This document shows, piece by piece, positions 63,171-64,000 of a stretch of DNA of 64,000 bases; within the stretch, counting starts at the first letter, position 1, and each line of letters starts with the position of its first letter. Location: assembly GCF_001194135.2 (NCBI RefSeq), contig NC_068989.1, forward strand, positions 95,930,042 to 95,994,041. The letters are read 5' to 3'. This DNA comes from Octopus bimaculoides. Taxonomy: Eukaryota. The position numbers and the translations under genes were made by a program. The notes beneath the pieces were generated by a model. It was not told where the DNA came from. It saw nothing but the letters and a program-made list of their open reading frames with translations, and made no database searches.

Positions 63171-64000
63171 AATGAATACACTGTGATGTTATGAGTCTGT
63201 TCTCGTAAATATTAGTCTGCTGTGTTTTTTTTTTTTTTCATCCTTTTCTGATCTTTACAATGAAATGTTACATGATGTAAAGACCACAAGACTCTATTCT
63301 GCTAAGTCAACTATTCATTAATAAACCAGTCTTTTATTGGTCTTTTATTGGTTTGCAACCATTGACCTGGTGCCATGCTGCAGTACCACCATCGATATAT
63401 GATCCTTGAAAAAAACTCTCTTAATGACAAGTTTCACTGTTAGGTTCTTACTAATTCACCATTTTAAAGAGAATTCTATTTATCTTCTCTTCCATGTAGT
63501 GACTTAAGTTTTGAACATCCACAAATGATGAGAGTATCCTGCTGCACTCATGACACAGTCCGGAGTTCAATCCCTCATGGCCAACCAAATGGGATCCTTG
63601 TGCAGTTAGGTCATGGAGCTATATTTTGCATTTGAGGTGTTGACATTCACCAAGTCTTTGATATTCTTTTGGCCACAGATCCAATGTGTCTTTCCTTCCT
63701 TTTAAAGATTTTAGGATGCGATTTGAGGGAAATTTGTTAGCTATTTCTAGCAAATTGAGTGACTGTACATGGGCTGGCTCATTGCCTCTTAACATTGCTT
63801 CTATGTTAAAATGTCTTACTTTGTTACCACATGTGGAAGCCTGTTGTGTGTATCTATCTGTCTGTCTATTTATTTATCTATCTATACACACACACACACT
63901 CGTTAATCTGTGTGGGTGGGTGTCTTTGCATTTGTTTTCATCCTCAGCTGCTGCTTGACTACTGGTGTTGGTTTGTTTATGTCCCCCATAACTTAGCAGT

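Noticed and set aside
63530-63600. tRNA gene (B-box GGAGTTCAATCCC..GGCCA)
   Set aside because: No A box or cloverleaf can be built; probably a SINE-head remnant.

Overview
AT-rich, microsatellite-dense eukaryotic scaffold DNA with many N gaps. The repeat families (tRNA-derived SINEs with (GT)n cores, RTE LINE 3' ends with (ATG)n tails) match what I recall from octopus genomes; the organism is an inference. I recognise no intact host protein-coding gene, rRNA, true tRNA or CRISPR array, so the window reads as intronic or intergenic. Supported content: several RTE-clade LINE fragments; an R4/Dong-type RLE retrotransposon composite flanked by (TAA)n; two internally deleted mariners with intact TIRs and TA target sites; a maT/DD37D-like transposase remnant; hAT-like and long-TIR MITEs; about 20 SINE copies; a 20-bp minisatellite; and compound microsatellites. 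The most unusual sequence-level signals are: near-perfect local fold-back hairpins (2.1, 7.1, 13.6, 28.2, 34.4 kb) that could form dsRNA; one SINE head carrying two alternative tails; a tandem 65-70 bp array inside the RTE 3' UTR; a chimeric R4/Dong insertion; and a few tiny candidate exons with consensus splice sites, mostly on the minus strand, which are unproven. Most element boundaries are approximate and read by eye.
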